Shown here piece after piece: positions 25,529 to 41,414 of a stretch of DNA of 64,000 nucleotides. Made by a program: the position numbers and the translations under genes. Each line of letters begins with the position of its first letter. Position 1 is the stretch's first letter. The notes beneath the pieces were generated by a model, which was not told the DNA's origin, did not search any database, and worked only from the letters and a program-made list of their open reading frames with translations. The DNA is from Eledone cirrhosa (lineage: Eukaryota): contig OZ024741.1 in the NCBI GenBank assembly GCA_964016885.1, positions 186,558,001-186,622,000 on the forward strand, in the 5' to 3' direction.

Positions 25529-26543
25529 ATGATTGTTGTAAACATTGGTCATTTAGTGTTTGTTATATGATTGTTGTAAACATTGGTCATTTAGTGTTAA
25601 TTATATGATTGTTGTAAACATTGGTCATTTAGTGTTAGTTATATGATTGTTGTAAACATTGGTTATTTAGTGTTATTTATATGATTGTTGTAAACATTGG
25701 TCATTTAGTGTTATTTATATGATTGTTGTAAACATTGGTTATTTAGTGTTATTTATATGATTGTTGTAAACATTGGTCATTTAGTGTTATTTATATGATT
25801 GTTGTAAACATTGGTCATTTAGTGTTATTTATATGATTGTTGTAAACATTGGTTATTTGGTGTTATTTATATGATTGTTGTAAACATTGGTCATTTAGTG
25901 TTAATTATATGATTGTTGTAAACATTGGTCATTTAGTGTTTGTTATATGATTGTTGTAAACATTGGTCATTTAGTGTTTGTTATATGATTGTTGTAAACA
26001 TTGGTCATTTAGTGTTAGTTATATGATTGTTGTAAACATTGGTCATTTAGTGTTAGTTATATGATTGTTGTAAACATTGGTCATTTAGTGTTAGTTATAT
26101 GATTGTTGTAAACATTGGTCATTTAGTGTTTGTTATATGATTGTTGTAAACATTGGTCATTTAGTGTTAGTTATATGATTGTTGTAAACATTGGTCATTT
26201 AGTGTTAGTTATATGATTGTTGTAAACATTGGTCATTTAGTGTTATTTGTATGGTTGTTGTAAACATTGGTCATTTAATGTTATTTGTATGATTGTTGTA
26301 AACATTGGTCATTTAGTGTTAGTTATATGATTGTTGTAAACATTGGTCATTTAGTGTTATTTTTATGGTTGTTGTAAACATTGGTCATTTAGTGTTAGTT
26401 ATATGATTGTTGTAAACATTGGTCATTCAGTGTTAGTTGTATGGTTGTTGTAAACATTGGTCATTTAGTGTTAGTTATATGATTGTTGTAAACATTGGTC
26501 ATTTAGTGTTAGTTATATGATTGTTGTAAACATCGGTCATTTT
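25529..26543. repeat. 38-bp minisatellite, 26 full units plus one partial
   Basis: Unit atgattgttgtaaacattggtcatttagtgttagttat; first and last unit starts (25529, 26517) differ by 26 x 38. Confidence 0.95.
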
Positions 26544-26879
26544 TCAGAAAATGTAATCACCACAATCTACTCAATCTCAGCAATCTACTTTATCCCAGCA
26601 AAGAATAATTATCACCTCTATAGAGTCTACACTCACAATGATGTTGATATGGCTTTGGCCACTGTAAATATGTTTGTAAAAATGGTCAGTTTACTTGTTA
26701 TGTTTGCTTTTTATGGTAGAATATCAAACATAGTGCTAGTTAAGTGTCCAGAATAACGTTATACAGGAGGAAATAATTGCTCATATCGTTGTTGTAAGTT
26801 CCATATGGTCAAGATATTATTCGTTCCCTTCACAGGATTTGTTTCATGGTCTGTAACTGAAATATTTTAGAAAGAATTT

Positions 26880-27230
26880 ATTGATATGCTTAAACAGAGA
26901 GTATTTTGGTTTCTTGTTCAACATTATGAGGATTTATTGGAAAATGCTACATTTCTCGGCCATATTGCATTTGGTTGTTCATCTTACAGGAATGTTGCCA
27001 ATTCCACTTTACTTCATTTTCCATACATATTTAGAAAGAATGGTGTCTGTAATTCTGTCTCTGGAACTAAAGGAGTAATTGTGCTATGTGTGTTGTTTCG
27101 CATGAGATGATACTCTTCTTTTCAGTAACATCTACGAATGCTTTTTTATATGTGACATCTATGCTAAGAATAAATTTCTTTTTGTAAGAATAGGACATAA
27201 CGAGCTATATTTGACACTACGCGTAAGCTG
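26880..27230 (-). pseudogene. Very old PLE GIY-YIG relic
   Basis: Minus-strand manual translation HNYSF..DTILSKYVWKMK*..KCNMAEK..MLNKK parallels the 17-kb endonuclease; several stops. Confidence 0.55.
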
Positions 27231-27523
27231 TTGTGTGGTAATGTATTGTTTGGGTGTGTTAAAAATTAATGATGTATCTTTTTATATTTCTACTATTCCG
27301 TTGGAGTTGAAAGCATACACTCAGACATAAAAATGTATGTATTCTTTCGAGACTGGTTCATATTTTATCGATCTCTTTATGTCGACCCAGTATGTAAATG
27401 TCCATAACAAACAGTTATTCCAGATACAAACAGAAGCATACACGCATTGTACATTCATGCGTGATTCCCCTTCCACGTGGACAAGTGTTTCAAGGTGGAG
27501 GTATGTTTTAAAGGTATCATGAT

Positions 27524-27590
<67 letters not shown>

Positions 27591-27722
27591 CATACATACA
27601 TACATACATACATACATACATACATACATACATACATACATACATACATACATACATACATACATGTGTATAAATGTGTGTACGCTTGCGTGTATCTATC
27701 TATCAATATAAATCTGTGTGTT

Positions 27723-27840
<118 letters not shown>

Positions 27841-29378
27841 ACGCGTGCAACACATACATTTGCACTAACACACAAAAACATATAAATATAAATACATATA
27901 TAACCATACAGACATGTAGCTACATCAACGTATATACTTATTACACATACATCCATATTTGCTACAAACACGCACACAATAAGTTTGTATTTCTTTCTAT
28001 TTAATAATTTAGCAGTCTATACTTAATATTGACGCCGGCGACAACACCAACCCTTGTTTTGATCTGTAACAGACAACATCCACCCCTTGTACACCTTATC
28101 ACCTGTCTGCTGTATATTCCCAGCATTATAGACCACATCAGCTAATTAATACTGGCTTTCGTTTCGCTCTAAATCTCTTTCTTTTACTCTCTCTATCTTG
28201 CTCGCTTTATCTTGTTTTCTCTCAACCCTCTCCCACAATCTGACTGTCTCGCTTCCATACTTTCACACTATTCACCACACTTCTCTCTTTGGTCTTAATT
28301 GAACTTCGTATAATCTTAACGTTTTGATTGTTGTTACTGATGTTCGAGTGGTGGAGGTGATTGTGTTGTTCTTGTTGCTTGTGTTGTTGCTGATTTTAAT
28401 GGTGGTGATTGTGGTAATGTAGATTATGGTAATGGAGGAGGTGTTCGTGTTGGGCGAGATGATCATCGTATTGGTGATGATAGAGATGATGTTTTTGGTG
28501 TTAGGGATAATGTTTGTGTTGGGAGTGATAGACGTGGCGGTGATTTTTTTTTTTTTTTTTTTTTTGGCTTCGTCAAAACAAGAAGGTAAGTTGAAAGCCA
28601 ATGATGCTCTACATTTTCATGTTATCAAAGGTTTAGAAATGTATCCTGACTCTTGGTCCGAATGCTTGCGACAGAGGGGCCTTCGCTAAAGGCACACACA
28701 TACCAGGTGTAGCTGGTAGTGTTAAGCAAAGGTAATATATTAAATCTACCACCCAAAGTAATCACAATAGAATTTGAACGTAGAATATTTTAGGTTTTGT
28801 TTGTAAACCTCGAAAAGGCATATGGCCGCGTTCCTTGGATCTTCCTGTGGATGATTCTGCGGGAGTTTGTGATCGATGGTCATCTTCTTGTTACCCTGAG
28901 AACTCTATACTAATTCCCGAGTATTTGTATTCAAATAAATGGAGCTAAATCAAAACCATTCAATGTGGGAGTCGGACTCTACCAACCTTGCGTACTGTCA
29001 CTTCCCTGGTTCATTATTTTCATGAACAGGATTGACATGCGCAGCCAGGTTGGATGTTGTATCCCGACTGACAGGTGTAAGTAAAATCAGTCGGCTGGAA
29101 TTTTCAGACTATATGGTGTTACTTAACTCGATAGAAGGTGATCTCCGACTTGTACTTGATAGGTTTGATGACGAGTGCTGCATGGCTGGAATGAGAATCA
29201 GCGCTGCGAAATCTGAAACACTCGTCCTCTCAAGGAAGAATGCGCAGTGAACTCTACATATGAATGGAGTTCGATTCAATCAGGTGGAGAAGTTCGTGTA
29301 TCTCGTGGCCATGTTTTACAAGTGGTAGAATGCAGTAGGCTGAATTAGGTGCAAGGGTTGCAGGAGCTGGCGCAGTAA

Positions 29379-31125
29379 CACCGTGTAACAAAAAAATTAT
29401 TTTTCTTTGTTCCTGGATTGTAATCACTTTTTTGTGTTGCTTAGGTCCCAAATAAATTTTAAAAAAAAGTGCTATTAAACAGTTAAAAGTTTGGGTTTGT
29501 AAAAATTCTAAGCTATTCACTAGAATTATTTGTATGTTGGATTTTCCGTTGTATGCAAGTTTAATTTGCTTATGTTAAATGATTTTTTTGTTTATATATG
29601 TTTCAAGTTAAATTAAAATTATAAAATAAAGAGTAATACCTAAAGAAAATTATAAAAGTGCAATAAGGTATAAAATTGTTAAAAAGTGGATTAAAGAGAT
29701 TTATTGATACTGGATTTTCGCACCAGAATAAAGGGTAAGTTGTGTTTGAAGCATTCGTCTCCAGGATGAAGCAGTGGGACTTAGCCAAGGAGGAAGTGCA
29801 GGTGACAAGTCAGCGAAGTCGACACGGACCTTTCTCAGGCTTTTACACTCTTAGGGATGGCCTCTGCTTCTGCCATGACGTGCCTGGACTGTTTGGCGTT
29901 ATTGGGGTGCCGTTTGTACCCAAGGAGTGTCGGCTATTTATAGACAGCTATACCACAAGTTTGAAGGCTGTCATCCACAATGGAAACAAGTTCCCGACAC
30001 TGCCCCTAGCCCATTCAGTCTGCCTGAAGGAAGATTACTAGAGTGCGAAAGTCCTCTTGGAAGCTCTGCAATACAACCTGTACAATTGAGAAATCATTGG
30101 AGACTTCAAGATGGTAGCTTTCCTGCTTGGACTCCAAGGAGGCTTTATCAAATTCCAATGCTTCCTCTGGCTTTGGGACAGCAGAGCCACCTCTGACCAC
30201 TACAAAAGAAAGAACTGGGAGCAGCGAACAAAATTTGTAGTTGGGACCCGGAACATCATGTGGGAGCCACTGGTTGATCCCAGGATTGTGCTCATGCCGC
30301 CACTGCACATTAAGTTGGGGTTGATGAAGCAGTTTGTGAAGGCTCTGAACCAAGAATCAGCCGCTTTTAAGTACCTTCTTGAGTTCTTCCCCAAGTTATC
30401 TGAGGCCAAAATCAAAGGTGCAATTTTTGTTGGACCTCAGACTAAGAAGGTGTTTGAGTCTACCGTGTTCTCCAGTAATCTCAATAGGATTGAGAGAACA
30501 GCATGGAAATGTCTCAAGACAGTTTTTCAGGGCTTCCTGGGCAACTACAGAGCTGAAAATTGCCAGCAACTGGTGCAGGATCTGATAAAGACTTTTGGCG
30601 CCATGGGATGCAGGATGTCGCTTAAACTCCATATGCTGGACGCTCACCTGGAAAGATTCAAGGACAATATGGGCGCCTACTCAGAAGAACAAGGCGAACG
30701 ATTCCACCAAGATGTGAAAGAGATAGAGCGGAGGTACCAGGGCCACTACAATGAAAAAATGATGAGGGTCTATATCTGGAGGCTAGTGCGGGAATGCGAC
30801 CTGGACTACAACCGCAAATCCAGGAAATCCAGTCATTTCTGACGTGTATAAGTTCCTTTATAAGTGTTATTTGTATTTACTTGTTACTTTTGATAAGCTT
30901 GTGTAATAATAAATTAAATATATACTCTGTTGATTTAATTATATGAACTGATACATTTTTTTTAAATGTGTTTTTTCTTGAAAAATATGAAAATTTCGAA
31001 ATATCAAACTCCTGACCACAAACCCAAACCTCTTATTAAATAATAGCGTTTTGTCATAATAGTGGGATATAACAAACCAGGAAATAACACTTAGAAACGG
31101 CGAACAAAAGATATGTTACACGGTG
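29379..31125 (+). mobile_element. CMC/Chapaev3-type DNA transposon, internally deleted
   Basis: 12-bp TIRs caccgtgtaaca/tgttacacggtg; TAA TSD at 29376-29378 and 31126-31128; removing it restores the host LINE frame. Confidence 0.8.
29742..30842 (+). pseudogene. Chapaev3-like transposase, C-terminal part
   Basis: LFIDS..SLKAV, GDFKMVAFLLGLQGG, PPLHIKLGLMKQFVKAL, SLKLH, SEEQGERFHQD motifs; stops at ~30039 and ~30087; N-terminus absent. Confidence 0.82.
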
Positions 31126-31964
31126 TAATGCGCCAGCTTCAGCATTCGCTAATCGGAAAGGAGGTAGGTATAAAAACCAACGTCGCTATCATCGCTTCGG
31201 TATTCGCGCCAACCCTTACCTAGAGTCATGAATCTTAGGTAATAAGCGATAGAATACGATCGCGAATACAAGCGGCCGAAATGAGGTTTCTCCGAAGGAT
31301 CTTTGAAGTATCGTCAATCGATAAAGTGCGTAACTCGGAGATCAGGGTCACTCCAGGTAGAATTGCTTCTTCTCCCAATTGAGAGATCAGAGCTCCGATA
31401 CTATGAGCATGTGGTTAGAATGTCTTAGGAAAATTCGTGGGAGAAATTTTTATGGACAAAACCAACGGTCAGAAGACCCAAGGCTAGACTTCGAGCAACA
31501 TGGTTGGATAACATCCATAAGCTTACTAGTCTCGCTTATGGATCCAACTAGATCAGTCGGAGACGGTTGCTTCTGACAGGACCCGCTAGAAGGAGTATTT
31601 AAGGACTCTGCTCCCACAAACCTCTCAGGAATAAGTAGGCGAATTGGTTGTGGATTTGAGGGTGATGATGCGGTGGTATTGGCAAAGTTAGATTAGAGAT
31701 GTTAGTGGTGGTGTTAGTGGTGGTGTTGGTCGTGGTGATATTAGTGGCGTCTTTAGTGATATTGCTGAGCTTCGTGATATTATTGGTTTTAATAAAGGTG
31801 TTTGTGTGTTGGTGGCCTGAGTTGTGTTGTTGTTGGTACTCATAGGACGTATGGGTAGTGATTTGTGGTAATGGATGCCGTTAATGATAACATTTATGAG
31901 TATACCCTTGACGAGTGTGTGAGTGTGTGCATGTATGTATATATATATATATATGTGTGTGTGC

Positions 31965-31995
<31 letters not shown>

Positions 31996-31996
31996 C

Positions 31997-32039
<43 letters not shown>

Positions 32040-32040
32040 C

Positions 32041-32083
<43 letters not shown>

Positions 32084-32095
32084 TAAATCCTTATC

Positions 32096-32259
32096 AAGCC
32101 CTCTTCGCATCTTGGTCTTTGTAACGTCCCTTTACGATCTGATTTCAAATCCCGCCGAGGTTAACTTTGCCTTTCATCCTTATAGGGGTCGATAACATAA
32201 AGTACCAGTAATGTACTGGGTACTTGCGGGCCTTGTGCCAAAAGTAGAAACAATTATTA
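32096..32259 (+). mobile_element. tRNA-derived SINE, 5'-truncated
   Basis: Core atcccgccgaggttaactttgcctttcatcc and tail. Confidence 0.85.
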
Positions 32260-32276
32260 CTATATATAAATATATA

Positions 32277-32323
<47 letters not shown>

Positions 32324-32357
32324 ATGCATATATATATATATATATATATATATAGAC

Positions 32358-33333
<976 letters not shown>

Positions 33334-34397
33334 AAATGGGTTCTACAGGACTAGAAGTGTTTCATTTGAAAAAATCATTCCTTCGAATGAAACAGTTCTC
33401 GTCCTGTATAAGCCATTTCTATTTTAAATATTTATACTCTGCTATGTATTGAGTACCTTACTTACTGTGGTTACCCCCGACTGAACCCGTGATACACACA
33501 CATATATATAAATGGTTATTTGTGAGTGTTAAATGGGACTAATGACAAGTTGAGAAATACTAGGTGTGCGTTTGAATCTAAATGTCCCCTCAACCTCGAT
33601 AATATGAAATCCAATTACGTTTAGCTACGAAACGACAGACTTTACTTTTCATCCTTACAAAGTCGTCGATAAAATAAATTACCAAAGAACTGAGGTCTAC
33701 ATATATCTTTTATACACTCCGATCAATACTGTGAAGTTGAGCCCTATGTTATGAATAATAACAAATTTTGCCGAGGCCAAATTTGCTTTCCATCTCTATA
33801 TGGTAGTAAAATACAGTCATGTACAAGGAATGATTTAATCATCCAACTCTTTTCCTAAATTTGGAGCTAGAAATCAATTATTTTTATTATTAAAAATATG
33901 GGCGGCAGAATCAGATGTTTAGAAATTGTCGTTTACCCTCTAAGATCAATCCTTACTCATACTGTGTGAGCTTTTCATCTTTTCGGGATGAATAAAATAA
34001 TAACCAGTCAGGTATAACGATCGATTACGTCGAGTATATCCATCACAGCTACAATAAAGTCGTTTATATTGACCGCAGCACCTTATTTTATAAACCATGT
34101 GCGAATAAAATGTAAAATTGTCACAAGTTGAAATTGACATCAGAACATGTAGAGATGCTACTGAATAACACAAACACTTTTGTCTGTCTTGCTAACAAAT
34201 CTGTCGACCCACCATCCCTAAAAATACATAACTCACTCTCGTACTTCCAACACTATATTGCTGGCGGAATATACCTCAGTGAAGTGTTCGGAATACTAAA
34301 CACACATACGGTAATTTCATGCATGTATTGAAATATTTTGATAAACTGAGTTTATTGAAGAAATTCCTTGACAAAAGCCCATTCGAACGGGAAAAAA

Positions 34398-34616
34398 TAA
34401 TAATGGGTTCTAATTTTAGTCACAGGGCCAGCAATTTTTGTGTAAGGGACAAAACGTTTATATCGATCCCAGTACTTGACTTGTACTTAATTTATCGGCC
34501 TCAGAAAGATGAAAGGAATTGTTGACTGAAGTAGGTTTGGAACTCAGAACGTAAAGAATCAAAGCAAATAGTGCAAAGCATTTTGTCCTGCGCTCTAACG
34601 ATTTTGCCAATTCAGC
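34398..34616 (-). mobile_element. Old SINE copy; further decayed relics lie between 33.6 and 35.2 kb
   Basis: gatgaaagg, gaactcagaacgtaaag and ttttgccaattca match the reversed SINE consensus. Confidence 0.6.
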
Positions 34617-35871
34617 GCTCCTCGCTCCCAATCTACGCATAGACACAAGGTGACAAGTTGTGGGATGGGAAACTCTCAATTAAATCGACCCCAGAACAGG
34701 ACCTTACTTTTGCTGTCCTGGTCAGAAGTAATGGTAGTGGTCCATGACGTTCAGTGCTGATAAGGAAAGGGAAGGGAAGAATGAAAGAGGGGAGGAATCC
34801 CAAACCCATATCCTTGTATGCCAACAGTTGCGACAATGTAAACACTCCACTGTCCACTGAAGGCACAGATGTATCAGCTGGTCGTATTACACGCAGAAAA
34901 TAGTACATTTTTATTTATTATCAATGCCGAAAATGAGAAAATCAGAGTTTATTATCGTGTGATTTGATCTCAGAACTCAAATGACCATCGCTAAATACTA
35001 CAAGATATCTTGTGCAAACGATTACCAGATCTATCATCGATTTCTCATAATGATTATGATAATTATTTCTAACACAGGGTCACGATGACGCAAAAATAAG
35101 GAGAAGGCGGGTATTACCAACTCTGATGATCTCCAGTAGTTCACGGATATTTTATTCTAACGATAGAGAAAAAGATGAAAGGGTAAGTTGGCCTCAGCGT
35201 GATTTGAACTCAGAATTCTGTCATAAACCAGCCTGAGTAATAATTCACTTTGATCTTAACCAAAAGGCATAGAAAATAATGAGTATGAGGGAGCTTATCA
35301 CGATGAAGGTGATAGTGGTAATGAGAAGGATAAAAGGAGAGGATGAAGGTGGTGGCGGTGGGCGCGGCGGCGCGGCGATGGCTGTGTCGGCGGCGGTGGC
35401 GGTTGTGGCCCCGTTGGCGCCAACAATGGCAGCAGTGATGGTGGTTGTTTTTTTTTGTTTTTTTTTCTGGGGATTTTTTTTTGGGGGGGGGGGGGTTGAC
35501 TGAAGTGTTGGTAGTGGTGGTGATGGTGTATTTTAGATTATGATGATGATGATGATCATGATAATGATGAGTATGATAACGACGATAACGATGTTGACAA
35601 TGATGATGATGATGACGACGATGATGTTGGTTTTGTAATGGTGGAAATGTTTCTGCTAGTCGTGGTGGTGGCCGTGGCGGCGGCGGCGGCTGCGGCGGTG
35701 GGGGGTTTGTAATGCAAGATGTTGCAGCTGGCAACGGATTTTTCAATTGAAATGGCGGCGGCGGCGGCTGGGCGGATGGGTGTCGACAAACTGCAACTTC
35801 ACATCACATCTATAATTTAGTGCAAACGTACCACGACAGTTGAAGATAGAGAGGGAATGACGTCAGAGAGT

Positions 35872-35916
<45 letters not shown>

Positions 35917-36088
35917 GGAGAGAGAGAGAGAGACGATGATGCTCGCCTGTTGCCATGGACAGCCAGCCAACTGTTGAGGCAGACAAACAGCCAGATTGTG
36001 AAGGAGAGGAGAGGGTAGATAGATAGAAATATAGATGGATAGCTGGATAAACAATACATACATACACACACACACATATACATATATA

Positions 36089-36418
<330 letters not shown>

Positions 36419-36515
36419 ATATATATATATATATATACGTATTATTAAGGCTAAGCTCTCTTCTGAGTTCAAATCCCGCCGAGGTTAACTTTGCCTTTCA
36501 TCCTTACTTGGTCGA

Positions 36516-36633
<118 letters not shown>

Positions 36634-36711
36634 GTAATAATAATAAAATTGAAGACTGAAATCCAAAGAGGGCTCAGCGATTCTTTGCTTAAACTTTAAT
36701 CTGTTATTTTA

Positions 36712-36814
<103 letters not shown>

Positions 36815-36818
36815 TGTG

Positions 36819-36916
<98 letters not shown>

Positions 36917-36931
36917 ATATATATATACATA

Positions 36932-36975
<44 letters not shown>

Positions 36976-37054
36976 TACATATATATATATATATTTATAA
37001 ATATATATTTACACATATATATATATATATATATATATATTCATATATATATTT

Positions 37055-37093
<39 letters not shown>

Positions 37094-37108
37094 TATATAT
37101 ATTTATAC

Positions 37109-37166
<58 letters not shown>

Positions 37167-37176
37167 AAACATATAT

Positions 37177-37282
<106 letters not shown>

Positions 37283-37789
37283 ATCCGTATGTAATTGAGC
37301 GCAGAGAGAAAAGAGTACTCAATACCGAAGTAGAGTTTAGATATTAATTTTAATAAGGCTAAATAGTGAGTCTTCTAACTCTGGAGTAAGGCTGTGTCGT
37401 TAATGCTTTGGCTAAAGTAGTTTCAGGTTCAGTTACTTTAACACTAACCACTGGTTGATCAATGACATGTGAATGTAATTTGGTAGGCAGGAAACGATTG
37501 GAAACCCTCTCTCCCTCTCTCTCTCTCACTCTCTCTCTCTCTCGCACACACACACACACATGTGTGTGTGTTTGTGCATGTGTGTGTGTGTCTGTCTGTC
37601 TGTGTATATGTAATGTATACGAGTGCATGTATATTTACATTTAATGTTCGTTTATTCCCATAATCAAGCGCATTCACCGGCAAACCACGGCTCGCGGACC
37701 GCACGCTGCGCGTTCTGAGTGGCATGCCTAATTTCAAAACTGCCTTGAATTTTTTAGTAGTGCGGCACATCATATGATGAGACACCTCC

Positions 37790-37826
37790 TATGCGGCCCA
37801 CTGGTCGAAAAAGGTTGCTCATCCCT
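37790..37826 (+). mobile_element. Possible hAT-type right terminus
   Basis: atgcggccc...aaaaggttgctcatcccta resembles hAT/Charlie ends; partner end not seen. Confidence 0.35.
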
Positions 37827-37928
37827 AATCTAGCGTTTCAACAAATACACTACTTGTAAACATGAGACTTGAAGTCGAAGTGAATGGTTACTCGGAAAGG
37901 CAGAAGACTGATGATTGAAAATTTAAAA

Positions 37929-38111
37929 AATAATTGTTTCTAATTTTGGCACAAGGCCAGCAATTAACCAGTACATTACTGGTACTTTATTTTATCGACC
38001 CCGTAAGGATGAAAGGCAAAGTTGACCACGGCGGGATTTGAACTCAGAATGGAAAGGGCCGTAACTCTATGCGCCAAAGCATGACGTCCGAACCTCTACC
38101 GATACTGCCAA
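37929..38111 (-). mobile_element. tRNA-derived SINE
   Basis: Reverse complement of SINE consensus. Confidence 0.88.
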
Positions 38112-38334
38112 AAATAATATATGTATAAAAGTATGTATGTACATATATATAGAAATAGAATTTAGCTTCAGGCATAGCTGTATACAGATATGTATAGACA
38201 TTTCGTATTTCTAAAGAAACACTGTATGTTTACAAGATAAAGATTTAGGAAGCCGTAGCATTCATGTATATATGTGTGTGTCCGCATGTATCTGTGTGTT
38301 TCTAAATATATTATATATATATATATATATATAT

Positions 38335-38602
38335 AGTTAAAAGAATAGAGGTGTAACACACAAGTTATTATATATTGGTAAACGGAATAGAAAATGCTGA
38401 CAATTTGTTCACAGTGAAAAATAGTTTAATTAGGAATAAATGAGAATTAGTAATTGTATTGGTTAGTAATCAGTTTTGGTTTTAAGTTTTACCGGTTGCG
38501 CATTTCTAACCAATACAATTACTAATTCTCATTTAGTCCTAATTAAACTATTTTTCACTGTGAACAATTTGTCAGCATTTTCTATTCCGTTTACCAATAT
38601 AT
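38335..38602. mobile_element. Family F fold-back element
   Basis: Arms ~38378-38465 and ~38506-38602; homologous to 39882-40284 and ~47775-47965. Confidence 0.8.
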
Positions 38603-38888
38603 ATATAGATACACACACATTCAATCTTTACAAGGAGAATGTGGAATATATATATGGTGTGTATATTCTTATATCTACTCTTTATATAAACTACCAATAA
38701 AGATTCTAACTTCATTGTTTCCGAAGAAGACGGTATGATCGAACCCATATATTATGTCTGATAGTATACAGTTCTATAACTGCTATAGTTCAGTCAATAT
38801 ATCGATATGATGAAGCCTCTGAAAGGATCGTAAAACTATTAATAAGATATGTAAAATAACTTGCCTTTGTTATCATTGTTAAAAGAAC

Positions 38889-38943
<55 letters not shown>

Positions 38944-38946
<3 letters not shown>

Positions 38947-39613
38947 GAAGTATTTCCGTAGGAAAGGTAAAAGACAAGAGAGTGCTCTATGTAGGCTACA
39001 GAGCTTTTTAGTTATGTAATAAACAACATAAGATAATTAATTCATTTGCCAAAGGTTTTACGAAGACAGACGAGCTTGATATTTACGTCTGCCTTCAATC
39101 ATCAGAAATAATTCATTAAAATGGAAGAGAGATATGAATTTCTATTTATTTGCCACCAGGGCATCAACTAATTGTTTCTACTTTAGGCACAAGGCCAGCA
39201 ATTAACCAGTACATTACCGGTACTTTATTTTATCGATCCCGTAAGGATGAAAGGCAAAGTTAACCTCGGCGGGATTTGAACTCAGACTGTAAAGGGACGT
39301 AACTATGCTAGAAAGCATGGCGTCCAACCCTCTACTGACACTGCCAATTCACCGCCCTCAAAATGGAAGAGAGATATGGATTTGAAAACAGAGTTTAGGA
39401 TAAATGAAAGTGAGGTTGAAATAAAATAACGGACATAAAATACAGGGGAAAAAAATTAAATTAAATGTATATGTAAATATAGAAAAACATATACATACAC
39501 AAACTCACGCATATACGTGAATATACATAAACTCATACAGTATACATGAAACCTTTATAAGTATATGTGAAAGCTTTGGTAAATGAATTAATTATCTTAT
39601 GTTGTTTATTACA

Positions 39614-39617
<4 letters not shown>
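38944..39617 (-). mobile_element. Decayed relative of the 4.1-kb HHR family, inverted end, interrupted by a SINE
   Basis: Minus strand CTGATGA ttgaaggcagacg..cgtctgtcttcgt AAAA cctttgg CA aatgaa (~39032-39108); inverted 3' half at ~39570-39617. Confidence 0.65.
39169..39358 (-). mobile_element. tRNA-derived SINE, full length
   Basis: Consensus match; duplication aaaatggaagagagatatg at 39118 and 39360. Confidence 0.9.
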
Positions 39618-39665
<48 letters not shown>

Positions 39666-39780
39666 CATACTTTGGGAGGGTCATGGTGCCAATAAGAAAC
39701 ACATGACCCTCCCAAAGTATAACAATATCGGTTTCAACACACGTTTTCAGATAAAGAATCTTGCTAAACAAATACAGAAA

Positions 39781-40284
<504 letters not shown>

Positions 40285-40314
40285 TATATATATATAGGAG
40301 AGACGAGAAAATAC

Positions 40315-40560
40315 AGGTAAGCATTAAAAAAAGGATTTTATCCAGGTATTTACGACTGTTTCATTGGTAAGTGCAACCTTATATAGCTATACTGTATTTT
40401 ATATATATTTTCAAAATAGTGCAACTATTTTGATAATTTGGACGTGTACAACAATTATTATTGAGTGGCTGCTATTTGCAGTATAGCAAAATAAGGTTGC
40501 ACTTACCAATGAAACGGTCATACATACCTGGATAAAATCCTTTTTTTAATGCTTACCTGT
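40315..40560. repeat. Fold-back element keeping the HHR 3' half
   Basis: Arms ~40315-40405 and ~40480-40560; GAAA cgg TC and GAAA cag TC. Confidence 0.7.
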
Positions 40561-40704
40561 GTTTTCTCTTTTATCTTTTACTTTCCAAGTTTGAACGTGA
40601 TTCTTACAAACTTGTGGAGTTACCCCTAACCGTACGTTGAAACCGTCCATGAAACTGGCTGTCTTAACCACGAACTGGATTACAATAAACAATTTTCTGC
40701 TTCC

Positions 40705-40741
<37 letters not shown>

Positions 40742-40794
40742 TAGCTAAGAAAAGAAAGAAAAGAAAGATCTAAACGCAGGCACACATACATATG

Positions 40795-40863
<69 letters not shown>

Positions 40864-40892
40864 ACACACACGCACACCCACACCCACACACA

Positions 40893-40995
<103 letters not shown>

Positions 40996-41377
40996 AATAT
41001 GGGGAGAAGAATACTGCATGGTTGCACATGGATTACATGTTATAAAATGAGTCCCTCATCAGTGATTTGCCAACGATCATTGGTATTTCATCGCATTAAA
41101 AATCATATACCTCACGTTGGTGCGACAATAACTAAAATAAGTTATTAGGACAATTGAAACGCGTAAAGCGAGTGAGACAAGTAAACAACACAGGGGAAAG
41201 CTAACCGAAGATGGAAAGAAACACAAGCAACATGGTTATTCTGTCAGCATAAGCTGTGTGAATATATGAGCGAGTAATCGGTTTACGTATACAGAGAGAC
41301 AAGAGGGTTGGGAGACATATACACACACGTACAGACATATATATATATATATATATATACCACTCCTTCTCTCCTTC

Positions 41378-41414
<37 letters not shown>

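Larger units (their letters stand above)
28790..31645 (+). mobile_element. Old RTE-clade LINE relic split by a DNA transposon
   Basis: FVNLEKAYGRVP, VGLYQPCVLS..FIIFMNRID, GMRISAAKSE; after the insertion AVMRQL..RIRSRIQAAEMRFLRRI. Confidence 0.8.

Noticed and set aside
25529-26543. CRISPR-like array
   Set aside because: Head-to-tail 38-mers without unique spacers; no cas genes; eukaryotic context
35210-35789. Pro/His-rich 178-aa ORF and overlapping ORFs
   Set aside because: Trinucleotide low-complexity sequence; no domain or splice evidence
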